Of a DNA stretch of 64,000 bases, positions 28,030-62,200 are shown in pieces (positions within the stretch are counted from its first letter, which is position 1; each line of letters begins with the position of its first letter). The position numbers were made by a program, and so were the translations under genes. The notes beneath the pieces were generated by a model, which was not told the DNA's origin, searched no databases, and saw only the letters and a program-made list of their open reading frames with translations. The stretch is from NCBI RefSeq assembly GCF_009914755.1, contig NC_060930.1. The stretch is one strand, 5' to 3'. The stretch is from the human T2T-CHM13v2.0 reference genome, Homo sapiens.

Positions 28030-29552
28030 GCCAAAGATGGAATAAGAATAATTGGTTTTACCCTGCTATGTCTAGCAACTCACTCTTTTGTCTGCCCTAC
28101 CCGCAAGCAGAAAAAACTATGAAACAACAGTTTGCAAGACACTGGCCATCAGGCAATGAAGTACAGTGATCCCTTAGAGATGGCAAACAATGAGGTAGGC
28201 TTACAGTTGCCCCAGAATATTGCCTTAAGAGAGTTTGCAGGCTGTGGTGCAGGGAGGGTGAAGCCAGGAAGAACCTGGCACACTCTCTGAGTTGAAGGCA
28301 TGGAGCTGACATTACCTGATGATAAATAAGTTAATCTACCAAGAAGATATAGCAATCTTAAATGTGCATGCACCAAACAACTAAGTTGCAAAATATGTGA
28401 AGCAAAAACTGTTATAACTGAAAGGAGAAATAGCAAATCTAAAATTATACCTGGAAACTTTAACACCGATCTCTAAGCAATAGATAGAACAACCAGACCA
28501 AAAAATGAGCAAGGACATAGAAGAACTGAATAGCACCATCAACCAGCAGCATCTAATTGACAGAGAACATGCCACTCAACAACAGAAGAATACAGACTCT
28601 TCCCAAGAGTCAATGGAACATATACTAAGATAGAACATATCTTGGCCATAAAACAAACCTCAACACATTTAAAATAATTGAAATCATACAGAATGTGTTT
28701 TCTGACCACAATGGAATCAAACTAGAACTCAATAACAGAGAGATAACAGGAAAATCTCCAAACATATGAAAACTAAATAACATTCTGATAAATAATCCAT
28801 GGGTCAAAAATGAAGTCTCAAAGGAATTAAAAAATACTTTGAACTAAATAAAAATGAAAATATATCAGAATTTGAGAAACACACCTTACATAGTGCTGAG
28901 AGGGATATTTATAGCACTAAATGCTTATATTAGAAAAGAAAACAGTCTCAAATGAATAACCTAAGCTCCCACCTTAAGGAACTGGAAAAAGAAGAGAACA
29001 ATAAGCTCAAAGCAAGCAGAAGGAAAGAAACAATAAAGATAAGGGTAAAACTCAAAACAGAAAATAAAGAAAATTAACAAAACGAAAACCTCACTCTTTG
29101 AAAAGATAAACTGACAAATCTCTAGCAAGAATGACAAAGAAAAAAAGAAAACACAAATTATCAATATTAACAGTGAAACAGAGGCTATCACTACAGATGC
29201 TGTAGACATCAAAAAGATAACAAGGGAACACTACAAAGAACTCTACACCTATAAAATTGGCAACTTAGACAAAATGGACTAATCTCTCAAAAAGGACAAA
29301 CTACTATAACTCACCAAGATGGTATAGATAATTTGAATAACCCTACAGCCATTTAGGAAATAGATTTTGTAAAAATCAAATTAAAAATTCCCCCAAAAGA
29401 CATATCCAGGCCCAGATGGTTTCACTGGAAAATTCTACTGGGGGAATACAGTTGGTCCTCCCTATCTGCAGGTTATGCATTTGCAGGTTAAACCAATCAC
29501 AAATCAAAAATATTTGAAACAAATTAAAAAAAGAAACAATAAAAAATAATAC

Positions 29553-29600
<48 letters not shown>

Positions 29601-31270
29601 TGTGTCCTGGAACCAATGCCTCCTGAAACTAAAGGAAAACTGTACTTCTCAACTCATTCTATGAAGCTAGCTTTATTCTAAAAAAAGACACAGACAGTAC
29701 AAAACAAACCAAAAAAATGAAAACAAAACAAAACTACAGACCAATTATCTCTCATGAGTATAGATTTTATAATCCTTGAGAATATATTAGCAAATTCAGC
29801 AATATGTAAAAAAAAGAATTATACTATATAATCAAGTGGAGTTTAACAGGGATGCAAAACTGGTTCAATATTCAAAAATCAATCAATGTAATTCATCATA
29901 TTAAGTCTAAAGGTAAAAAATTATATGATCGTTTCAATTGATGGAGAAACAGCATTTGACAAAATTCAATACCCATTAATGATTAATTTTTTAAAACTCC
30001 CAGAAAAATAGGAATGGGGGAACTGCCTCATCTTGAGCATCTACAAAAAACCCACAGCTAATATTATACGTCATAGTGAAAGACTAAATGCTTTTCTCCC
30101 AAGGTCAGGAACAAAACGCTCTTATTCAGCCTAGTACTGAAAGTTCTAGCCAGTGCTGTCAGGCAAGAAAAGGAAATAAAATGCATACAGATTGAAAAGG
30201 AAGAATTAAAACTGTTCCTATTTGCATATGACATGATTGTGTAGAAAATCCCAAGGAATCTGCATAAAAACACCTAGACCTAATAAGTGAATGTAGCAAG
30301 TTCAAAGGATACAAGATAAACATACAAAAATAAAAGTACAAAAGTAAACATACAAAGTAAAAGATGATAAATTGGACTTCATCAAAATTAATTTTTTTTT
30401 GCCTGTGAAAGACTCTATTAAGAGGATGGAAAACTAGCAATGGACAGGGAGAAAATATTTGCAAACCACATGTCTGACAAAGGACTAGTACAACATTTGG
30501 AATATATATCATATACTTATCAATACAGCTAAAATTTAAAAAATAGTTGTTAAAGATGTGGAGAAACTGGATCACTCATACATTGCTTGCAGGAATGTAA
30601 AACGGTTCAGCTACTTTGCAAAACAATGTAGCAGTTTCTCTAAAAGGTAAACATATACTTTTCATACAACCTAGTAACTGTGCTCCTAGCATTTATCACA
30701 GAGAAGTGAAAATTTATATTCATACAAAATCTGTATATGAATGTTTATAGCAACTTTGTAATAGCCAAAAACCAGAAACAATCCAGATGTCCACTAATAG
30801 GTGAATGGTTAAACAAATTGTGCTACATTCATATCATAGAATACTACTTGGCAATAAAAAGGAACGAACTATTGCTACACACATTAGCCTGAGAATTACA
30901 TGGAATAAAAAAACAGTAATCTCAAAAGCCTGTATACTCTATGATTCCATTTATATAGCATTCTTGAATTGACAAAATTATAGAAATGGACAATAGATTG
31001 GTAGTTGCCAGTGGCTAAAGAGGGTGTTAGAGCAGCAGAGGAGCGAGTGTGGCTATAAAAGGGCAACATGAAGAGCCTTGAGGTGAACCAAATGTTTTAT
31101 GTCTTGACTATATCAATGTTAATATCCTGGATGATATTTTACTGTAGTTTTACAAGATGTTACTATTAGGGAAACTAGATAAAGCACACAAAGGACTTCT
31201 CTGTATTACTTCATATAACTGTGTGTAAATCTACAATTGTCTCAAAATAAAAAGTTTAATTTAATACATA
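28030..31270 (+). mobile_element. Old L1M (ORF2 remnants and L1MC/MD-type 3'UTR)
   Basis: tctgaccacaatggaatcaaactaga, ccaggcccagatggtttcactgg, tttgcatatgacatgattgt (FADDMI), 3'UTR ending aataaaaag. Confidence 0.85.
29449..29642 (-). mobile_element. Internally deleted MER2-like TcMar-Tigger element containing a (GA)n microsatellite (29553-29597)
   Basis: ta|cagttggtcctc...aaggaaaactg|ta termini with TA TSD. Confidence 0.65.
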
Positions 31271-31289
31271 GTAGCTATATGTTGCCTAC

Positions 31290-33520
<2,231 letters not shown>

Positions 33521-33534
33521 GTTATTTTTTACGT

Positions 33535-34285
33535 TTTCTTTTTTTAAGAAAATTTATTTCAATAGCTCTAGGAGCACAAGTGTGTTTTGTCTACATGGAT
33601 GAATTGTATAGTGGTGAAGTCTGGGCTTTAACTCTACCCATAACCCAAATAAGTGTACATTGTACCCAATAGGTAATTTTAAAAAATTCCTCCCCCTTTC
33701 TGAGTCTTCAATGTCCATCATACCACTCCATATGCATTTGTCTACCCATAACTTAGCTCCTACTTATAAGTGAGAACATGGCAGTATTTGTTTTTCCATT
33801 CCTGAGTCACTTCATTTAGAATTATGGCCTCCAGTTCCATCCAAGTTGCTGCAAAAGACATTATTTTGTTCTTTGTTTTGGCTATTCGATGGTATATTTC
33901 ATGGTATGTGTGAATATATTTATCACCTTTTCTTTATTCACTCATTGGTTGATGGACACTTAGGTTAATTCTACATCTTTGTAATTGTGAATTGTGCTGC
34001 AATAAACATGCATGTGCCTATTGTCTTCTTTATGTAATGACTTCTTTTCCTTTGAGTAGATACCCAGTACTGGGATTGTGGAAACAAATGACAGATCTAC
34101 TATTGAAAAATTTCCCTACCATTTTCCATAAAGGTTGTACTAATTTACATTCCCACCAACAGTGTGTAAGGGTTCCCTTTACACTGCATCCATGCCAATA
34201 TCTACTGTTTTTTGATTTTTAAATAATGGTCATTCTGGCTGAGGTAAAGTAGTATCTCATTGTGATTTTAAGTTGCACTTCTTTA
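33535..34285 (-). mobile_element. L1MA/L1PB 3' end
   Basis: gctcctacttataagtgagaacatg; taatttacattcccaccaacagtgt. Confidence 0.85.
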
Positions 34286-37200
34286 CTTTAGATGTGTGCA
34301 GCTTATTGTATGGCCTATGTCTCAATAATGCTATTTTAAAAAATCTTATTTTGGAAGAAAATCTTTACTCACACCTCAAAGTAACTAGAGAATTTTTAAG
34401 GTGAGTACCTATGAGTTTTGGGAAGTACAACTTGTATTTTTACCTGCTTCCAAAGCACTCTTCCCCAGAATGCCTGTCCTGTGTTATTAGACGGTTGAAA
34501 GTACAATTAAAATCCTAAGATAATTTAGGTGCATCTGATGTTTAGTGGTTCCATGCAAGAATTCCTAAAGACTCTAAAGATATCCAGTTCTGAGATTCTC
34601 CTTAATCTACATGTGTGAAAAGTGTAAAAGCTCTGGTATAATTGTGCTGTATATGTCAAAAGGTAGTAGACTTTTATATAGCTTGTTAATAAATATCCTG
34701 AAACCATGGGAGTTGTAACACACTGTACAGTTTGTGCTGTGGTGGTGGTACAGAGTAGAGTTAGATGGAGAAACTGTAAATTTGAGACTCTGGGGGAAAC
34801 TTTGAGTTCAGAAATTAGGACAATTCAGGCTTGTCACCAGGGAATCCATGTTTAGAAAGCAGGGTAAGGGACACATCTATTTTAGGAGTATTAGGGAGAC
34901 AAAATAGGAAAGCAGTTGAGTTTGGAGTGGGAGTCGGTAGAGAAGTAGTGAAATGGGACAGTGGGATAGATCTTGTTCCTCAGTAACCAAGGGAAATGAG
35001 AGAACTTGTTCTTACCATGGACTCAAAAGTAAAAAAAAAAAAAACAAAAGATATGATCACAAAAGCTGTGGGGCAAACTCAATGATATAGGTACATTCTA
35101 AAATTCTGTTTCATGTATTAATCTGGGCACATGTAGCTGAGTGAGGCTGTGCATCTATAACCTGAATAACTACAGATAGGAGACCTTATTCAATCTTAGA
35201 AAATGTGGTTTACACAGCCCTGCAAATAGAGGAATATGAAAGTACCATATGCTTTCTATCAAGACTTATTCACAATGTGATACTTATTCCTGTCACAAAT
35301 GCCAACCACATTGCTCTAGAATATTATTTAATTTTCAATGGCTTTTAAAATTCTTCTTATTAAAATAGAACATCTTATGGGTACCACTCTTCCCTTAACA
35401 CATGGAAATTCTTATTGGCTTAAGAAGACCTTCAGTGAGGTAGGGCCTTTGTAGGCAGTTACATTTTATTGAGAGGATACAGTCCAACCATTTGAAGCTG
35501 CTATTCCTATATTCAAAAATCCAGGGGGGTTCCTACAGCTTTTTAATTTTTTATGCCTATATTTTTCCTGCAGTAGGTTTCCTACAGTTTCTACCACAAA
35601 ATTCCCACATTGTGTAGCAATACAGTTTTAAGTGATGGACACAGAATAAGGACACAACAGAGGTAAGGGTGTGAGACAAAAGAGCCAGGGGAGAAATCCT
35701 GCCTCTGGGATCTTGCTCCAAAAGAGAAACCTCTTCTCCCCTAAAGGTTAGAAACATCACCCAGAGAGAACCTTCTCTCTGGGGGATTACTATGGAGAAG
35801 GCTTTTTACCAAATCAAGCATATTAAAGCCAAAATCGATTTTATCTCACAGATAATGATTTTCACAAATATCACTGTAAAGTTTCTAATGTTATAGCAGT
35901 ACTTAGAACATTGTATTAACTGAATGTGTGTGTGTGTGTGTGTATTTTTTCATGCTCGTGGCGTGTATCAGTGATTTTCATCTTCTTTTTTGGTATGTGG
36001 TCATCTCAAGCTGCCCAACGAATGTTTTCACTTGACTTCTGTTGATACCTCCAACTTAACCTTTAAACAAAATGTCTACTGACTTTCCTAATTCCCTTTA
36101 TTTGCTCCCTCCCTCACTCCCTTATCCTGCTTAGGCAGCCAGTCATTCCATTTTGTTAATCCTTCCTTTGTTATTTCTCTCACATTCATTTCTCTTTTCA
36201 TTTTTATGGTAATCCTTTATTTAGGCCTTGATTATCTTGTGCTTATATCACACATACACAAATTGGTCTTCCTTTTCAGAATACAAATTGGTCTTCAAGG
36301 GTAGGTAGTGCAGAGACTGGATAGAGGAATGATTTTCCCACATGCCAAATGAGGCCAAGCAAGGTAAGGTCAGACCAAGATAGGTGAGCTATGTTTGGGC
36401 AGAGTGGGGCAGAGGAGTTTGGGCTCTAATCCCCACCTCTTGGAAATTGGAGATGGGGGTGGAGATGCTTAGTTCCAGGCAGGATGAGGTGGGTCAGAGG
36501 AGCATATCAGGGATCGAGGGTGGAATTCCTGCTCCTTAGTATCTGCAGGTTAGAGTAGGGTCAGTCCCTCTAGATTCTGTGCCCTGCCCTTCTGGCTAAA
36601 CACTTATCTTTCATTTATTTGTGGCTAGAGAGAGTACTAGAGAGACAGTAAAAGTTTGTTGAGGACAGATATTATACTTTTTCTTATAACTTACATGCGT
36701 GACATGGTATTTTATAGGTGATTTATAATGCTGCTATTAGAGATATTAATAGTCTTTATTTCAGAGTTAAATCTTTCAGGTCCTCTTTGAGACCCATCTG
36801 GCTCCCTTTGGAGATGATTATTTGTTAGATTATTAATGTTTCCTTGAGTCAAATTACATATTTTAGAGTTTATGGGACTTCCTCTGCTAAAAAAGGATAC
36901 TATCTTCAGGAAGCAATGGATCCTAAAATTGACTTTGAAACACTCAACAATTTGCCAGCAACAATACTATATATCATCTTTTTAAAGTTTGTGTTTGACG
37001 GCATAATTTTTGACTTATTTCTCTCAGGATTCAAAAAAGAAAAATTTTGACTCATTTAGCCATGAAACAAAGGCCTTTACTTCTCAAGATCATATCTAAG
37101 TTTTCCATGTTAACGTCCCTCATAATCTTGTCAAGCGCTATATTTTAAGGTATTTTAATTGACATAAATGTTCCCGAGACTTCTCACCAATACCAATTTG

Positions 37201-38383
37201 AACTTTAACACTGAAGGTGTTTAGCAGTCCTTGTATTTTCAAAATTAGAAGCCTTTGCAGGAGAAAATATTCAAATACAAAATTTCAACTTCTGCTTCAA
37301 ACAACCTATTTTGTTACAAATAAGTGTTTCTGAAGAACCTCTTAATACTTTTCTGTTACCCCCCTTATCTGTTAGTCTGCTGAGACTAGATATTCAAATA
37401 TTCCAAAAGCCAGAGTGTATGCAAGTTCACTTTCATCTCACTTGTCATAGGAATTTAAACATTAAGCCTCAAAGTATGGCACCCTATATGTCTTTTCAAA
37501 AACAACAACAAACAACCACATTGTGACTAGTAGATGAGGTAAAATTTGTAATAACAGAATCAAAAAAGTCAACCCTAACTTTTCAGCGCTTGAACTCCCA
37601 ATCACCCCCACTAGAGGCTTCTTCGTTAACCTTGAATCATAAGAATCACTGATCATCGAGTAAGTAAGTGTTCGGGAGATATGACTGTGAGATCCAGCTT
37701 TGTAAATAATTTCTGGATTTTTGGGGCGAGTCATTTCATCTCTCTGATTCTTAATCTCTTCACTTAAAAATGAGGGACTTGGAGTATCAGATGATTTCTA
37801 AATTTCTTCTTACTCAAAGTCTATTATTCTGATCCCAAAGAAGAAATCGAATCCTTCTCAATACATCCCAAATTGGATATTCTGGATAAGAAATTTTGAA
37901 ACCAAGTCACACGAAGAGTATGTGAGGGATAAGAAGTCTAGTTTGGGGAAGGGTAAACATTATGTACGAAAAAGAAATGTCTTAAAAGAAAGCAGGCAGG
38001 GTGAGCGAGGAGGCTGAAGAGTCGCTCCATAAACTGAGGCAGAAGGAGCAGCCGACAGCAACGCCTACCGCACCCGGAAGGCTCAAGGAGGCGCCCTGGG
38101 CAGGGAACTTCCGGTTGCGGGGAAGGGCGGCGTCCTCTCCTAGGGACTTGTCGCACGCGGCTTCTCGTCGCGTTCCGTCTTGCACGCCTCGCAGCCTAGC
38201 TCCGCGCGAGTTCCAGGCGCTCAGCACCGGAGCAGCGCCCCGGCAACCATTGAGGCGTCACGGTTCGTCACGGGATTCGGAGCCGGGCGGCTACGGGCGG
38301 GGTGTCGCAGCTCTCTTCGACGTACCTGTCCTCAGGAGCCGCGGCGGCGACTGCGCCTCGGACGGCCGTCGGGGCCGAGAACC

Positions 38384-56811
<18,428 letters not shown>

Positions 56812-56872
56812 TGTTTGAATGATATATAACAAACCAAAGGATATTACAGAATATTAGATTCATTATTACAAA

Positions 56873-56878
56873 AATAAA
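56873..56878 (+). terminator. Proximal polyadenylation signal AATAAA
   Basis: Canonical hexamer ~60 nt after the stop; usage not provable from sequence. Confidence 0.5.
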
Positions 56879-57288
56879 ATACACATTGAAATACTTTAAT
56901 AATGTTGCGATGGATTGCCACAGTGTGAAGGAAATGCAGTGTGGGGATAGGACTATTTTATCAGTGCATTTTTCCAGTACAGTTATCAAATATTACTTTT
57001 AATTTGTTCTCAACACTTATTTCAGGTAATAGCTTGGGGATATTTATCTAAAGGTACCCCCAACAAATCTTCTAAGTGCATTTTTGATCACTTTGATAAC
57101 TTCTTAGGTGATTTGCCTGTTTTGTCTTAAATAAGAACAATGTAATATAGAAATGCTTTACATATTAGACTTTCTCTCCCCTGGAAGCACTGGGTTGAAC
57201 TTGCTAAAGTAAATCATACTTTAGAATCTCTTCAGGGAATGTGACATACAAAGTTTGTAAGACATGAAGTAATAACGATAATGATAAC

Positions 57289-57294
57289 AATAAA
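57289..57294 (+). terminator. Distal polyadenylation signal AATAAA
   Basis: Canonical hexamer ~480 nt after the stop, in the tail of an antisense MIR-like fragment. Confidence 0.55.
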
Positions 57295-57913
57295 TGCTTA
57301 CTTAGTGACTACTATGTGCCAAGCATTGCTCAACCTATTTTCCATATATTAGGTGACTTAAATATGATTGTATATAGGAAATATGTAAGGAAGAACTGGA
57401 GAGGAACTTGGAGGTGCCTGAGGAAATGACATGAATTTAACACGTCCTGTATTTCTCAGAGAAGCAGTGAGTTAAGGACTTTTGAATGACCACTGATAAG
57501 TACCTTCATTGTTCTTGGTATACAGGTAACATCTCAGAACCAAGGTACTTATTTTTGAACATTATCACTGCCTTTTTGTTCTGTGTAATTGTGTGATACT
57601 GTTATGGCCAACTATCAAACAAGGTACCAAGACATTAATTTGATTCAGTAGACTTCATCAGAAATGAATTTTCAGAGGTTATCATGGTAGCACAAAATAC
57701 ATTCTTTTTAATGTTTATATGAATTCTATGCCAACTTTATTTCTATTATTATGGGATTTATCTGACACCATTAACTCTTTGCACACCTGTGCAGAAGACA
57801 TTGTAAATGGGCATTTATGGTACACCTCCCTCTAGTACCCAAGAAATAAGCTGTGTTGTAGAATTATTCATGTTTTCTGTTACATGGCATTTGTATTTGA
57901 GAAAAGCAGTGAG

Positions 57914-58018
57914 GAATTGGCTGGAAAATGATTTTGTTATCTATTGTTGGAAATCCACTGAGGACTTTAAGTGAAAAAAATTGTTTTCATAAAATTTTCC
58001 AAAAGAATTATTTTTTTG
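57914..58018 (+). repeat. 105-bp direct repeat, copy 2 (3' flank)
   Basis: About 6 mismatches to 56057-56161. Confidence 0.95.
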
Positions 58019-58020
58019 TT

Positions 58021-59235
58021 GCCCCCAGAGGTTCTGTCTGGGGAGTTGCTCAGTTGGTGCTGGCTCAGTAGCTCTGGCGGGGGTGGCGGTGGCAGGGGTG
58101 ATGGGGGATGGTGGGGATGGCAGGGGTGGCGGGGGTGGGGGTGTAGGGGGCGATGGCTTGAGGCCCAGGCCTGGAGGACCTGTCCAGTGAGGAGATATGG
58201 GAACAGTCACCCACATAACAATCTGGCCACGTTTCTGTAGGGCTGCTGTGGTTTGCTTGGGGCCCACTCCAGTCCCTCGTCACCTCAGATTTTCCAGAAC
58301 TGGTGTCCCCAGTGAAGGCTATGAAACAGCAAAAATGGCAGCCTGCCCCTCTCTCTGAGAGCTTTGTCCCAAGGAGTCATGGACTTGTTGCCCACCCAAA
58401 GGCATCTGTAGGAAATGATTAGAGACCCCAGTTGGGAAGTCCCGCCCGCCCCGTGAGAAGGAACGGGATCAGGAAAAAAGCAGTCTGGCCACGTTTTGGT
58501 AGGGCAGCTGTGCTGCGCTGGGGGTCCACTTCTGCCTCCAGTCACCTCAGACACTCCGAAACCCAAAGGCTGGAGCAGCTAAGTCACCCTAACAGCAAAG
58601 ATGGCAGCCTGCCCCTCCCCATGGGAGCTCTGTCCCAGAGGAAATTCACATCTCTGTCGGTTGGAGAACATGGGCACGGGTTGCTGGAGCCCCTGGTTGG
58701 GGGGTCCTGCCCGGTGAGGAGGAACAGAATCAGGTACCCACTTAAAGCAGCAGTCTGGCCACATTTTGGTAGGGCAGCTATGCTGTGCTGGAGGATCCCT
58801 TCTGCCCTGGGTTGGCTTCCACTCTCCAAAGCTCAAAGGCTGGAACAGCTAAGTCACCGTAACAGCAAAGATGGCAGCCTGCCCCCTCCCTCTGGGAGAG
58901 CCATCCCAGGGGGAATTCAGATCTCTGTGGGCTGGAGAGCTTGGACAGAGGTGGCTGGAGGTCTCAGTTGGGAGGTTCTGCCCAGTGAGGAGGAATGGGG
59001 TCAGGCATCCGCTTAAAGCAGCAGTTGGCCACATTTTGGTAGAGCAGCTGTGCTGTGCTGGGAGATCCCTTCCACCACGGGTCAATTCAGACTCTCCAAA
59101 GCCTGAAGGCTGGAATGGCTACGGCACCCAAACAGCAAAGATATGGCCTGCCCTTCCCCCTGGGAGCTCCTTCTTAGGGAGGTGCAATGTTGTTCATGGT
59201 AGCTGGCTGGAATTCCAAGCCAGTGGGTCTTATCT
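58021..59235 (-). mobile_element. L1 5'UTR with ~270-bp tandem monomers (L1PB/L1PREC2-type)
   Basis: tctggccac...tttggtag motif recurs at ~58221, 58484, 58754 and 59025; aacagcaaagatggcagcct recurs; no ORF1 follows. Confidence 0.7.
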
Positions 59236-62200
59236 TGGGCTTTTCTGCCCCTGAGCCTTTCTTTGATGGGAGACTTTTTATTATGGCTTTGATCTTGCTA
59301 CTCATTATTGGTTTGTTGAAGTTTTCTATTTCTTCGTGGTGTTTAATCTTGGTAGATTGCGTGTATCAAGGAATTTATTTCTTCTAAATTTTCCAATTTG
59401 TTGGTTTATTATTGTTCATGATAGTCTCTAATGACACTTTATATTTCTGAGATCTCAGTTGTTGTGTCTTCTTTTTGATTTCTGATGTTATTTATTTGAT
59501 TCTTCTTCTTTTTATTAGTCTAGCTAAAGGTTTGTCAATTTTGTTTACCTTTTCAAGAAACCAACTTTTTGTTTTGTTGATCTTCTGTAATTTTTTAAAT
59601 CTCAATTTCATTTATTTCTGTTCTGATATTTATTATGTCTTTCCTTCTACAAATGGGTTTAGTTTGTTCTTGCCTTTTTAGTTCTTTGAGGTGCTTCATT
59701 AGGTTATTTGAAGTCTTTCTCCTTTTTTGATATAGACATTTATTGCTATAAACTTCCCTCTTAGTACTGCTTTTGCTTTATCCCATAAATTATGGTATGT
59801 TCTATTTCCATTTTCATTTGTTTCAAGAAATTTTTAAATTTTCTTGTTAATTTCTTCATTGACCATTGGTTGTTCAGGAGGATGTTGTTTCATTTGCATG
59901 TGTTTGTGTATTATCTGAGTTGCCTCTTGTTATTGATTTCTAGTTTTATTCCATTGTGGTGAGAAAAGATAATTGATATGATTCCTGGATTTTTTAATTT
60001 TGTTTAGACGAGTTTTGTGGCATAAGATATGGTCTCTTCTGGAGAATGTTCATATGCTAAAGCATGTGTATTCTGCTGCAGTTGGGTAAAATGTTCTCTA
60101 AATGTCAGCTAGGCCTGTTATATCTAGTATGTAGTTTAACTCCCCTGTTTTTCTGTTGATTTGCTGTCTGGATGAACTGTCCACTGTTGAGAGCAGGTTG
60201 TTAAAGTCCCCTACTATTATTGTATTTCAGTAGATATCTCTCTTTATATCTATTAATGTTTGCATTAAATATTTGGGAGCTCCAGTGTTGGGCGCATAGA
60301 TATTTATAATTGTTATATCCTTTTGCTTAATAGACTCCTTTATCCTTATATAGTGTCCTTTGTCTCTTTTTATAATCTTAAATTTGTAGTCTATTTTATG
60401 TGATATAAGTATAGCTACTCCTGCTCTATTTTGGTTCCCAGTTGCCTGGAATATTTTTTCCACCCCTCACTTTCAGTCTGTCTTTATAGGTGAAGTGGGT
60501 TTCTTGAAGGCAGCATATAGTTGAGTCTTGTTTCTTTATCCATTCAGCCACTGTATGCCTTTTACTTGGAGAATTGAGACCATTTACATTCTGTTTTATT
60601 ATTGATAATTAAGAACTTACTAATGCCAATTTGTTATCTGTTTTCTGGTTGTTATGAGACCTCTCTCTTCATTTTCTCCTTTCTTACTATCTTCATTTGT
60701 GTTTAAGTGATTTTCTCTGATAGTATGTTTTGATTAGTTGTTTTTATTTTTAGTGAATCTATTATAGATTTTTGCAGTGTGGTTACCATGAGGATTACAA
60801 AAAACATTTTATAGATGTAACAAGTTACTTTGAAAGAGATGATGACTTATCACAAATTAAAGACTAGAAACAAAGGCAAAAAAGGAACACACAAAATATT
60901 TACATTTTAACTCCACTCCCCTGACATTTGGACTTCTAGTTGTCTCAATTTACATATTTTTATATTACTTATCTCTTAACAGGTTGTTGTAGCTATCATT
61001 GTTTTTGATAGATTTGTATTTTGGGCTTCATACTAAAGTTTTGAATTGGTTGTACACCACAATTAAAGCAATAGAGTATTCTGGGTTTGTCTATGTATTT
61101 AATTTTACCAGCAGGTTTTATAGCTTGAAAAGTTTTCCTTTTGCGCATTAGTGGTTTTTTTCTTTCAGATTAGATAACTCTCTTTAGTACTTCATGAAAA
61201 ATGGTTCTTGTGGTGCTGAATTCTCTCAGCTTTTGTTTGAGAAAGACTTTCTCTCTCCTTCATATTTGAAGGATAATTTTTCTGGATGTAGTATTCTGGA
61301 TGGTATTTTTTTTTCCTTAAGTACTTTGAAAATGTCATTCCACTTCCTCCTGGCCTATTTTGTTTCCATTGAGAAGTTGGTTGCCAGATGAATTGGAGCT
61401 CTCTTGCATCTTATTTGCTTTATCTTACTGCTTTTGGAATTTTCTCTTTGTCCCTGACCTTTGAGAGTTTGATTACTATATACCTTGGGGTAGTCTTATT
61501 TGGGTTGAATCTATTTGGTGTTCTCAAACTTTCCTGTACCTGGATACTTATATCTTTCTCATGTTTTGGAAAGTTTTCAGTTATTCCTTTGAATAACCTT
61601 TCTACCTCTTGCTCTTCCTTAGCTCCCCCTTGGACACCAATAATTCTTAGATTTGGTCCTTTAAGGAAATTTTCTGTATCTCATAGGTTTTTCTGTTCTT
61701 TTTTTTTTTTTCTTTTTCTTTTCTTATCCTCTAACTGTGTGTTTTCAAATACTTGGTCTTTGAGCTCACTGATTCTTTCCTCTGCTTGGTCCATCCTGCT
61801 GTTGAGAGCCTTTAATTAGTTCTTCAATTCAGTAAATGTATTTCTCCAATTCCAAGATTTCTGTTTAATTTTTTTAATCACTTCAATCTCTTTGTTAAAT
61901 TTCTCTGATAAATTTCTGAATTGCTCTTCTATGTTATCTTGGAGATCACTGAGTTTCTTTAAAATTGCTGTTTTGAATTCTTGGTTGGAGAGCTCACAAA
62001 TCATCATCTTGTTAGGCTCAGTCACTGGATTTTTGCTTTGTCCTTCTGAGGAGATCATAGTTCCCTATTTGCTCCTGTTTCTAGTAGGTATATACCTATG
62101 TCTTTGCATTAAAGGATTAGTTATTTCCATTTTCTCTTCCTGGCTTTAAATATATATATATATATTTGCTTAGCAAATCCTTACCACTAAGTTGCTGCCT

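Noticed and set aside
58432-59016. 194-aa ORF (longest in the track) and overlapping ORFs
   Set aside because: Internally repetitive translation of GC-rich L1 5'UTR monomers; no AUG start or gene context
58190-59100. Regularly spaced repeated motif that could suggest a CRISPR-like array
   Set aside because: The spacers are themselves homologous (~270-bp tandem monomers); mammalian DNA with no cas genes
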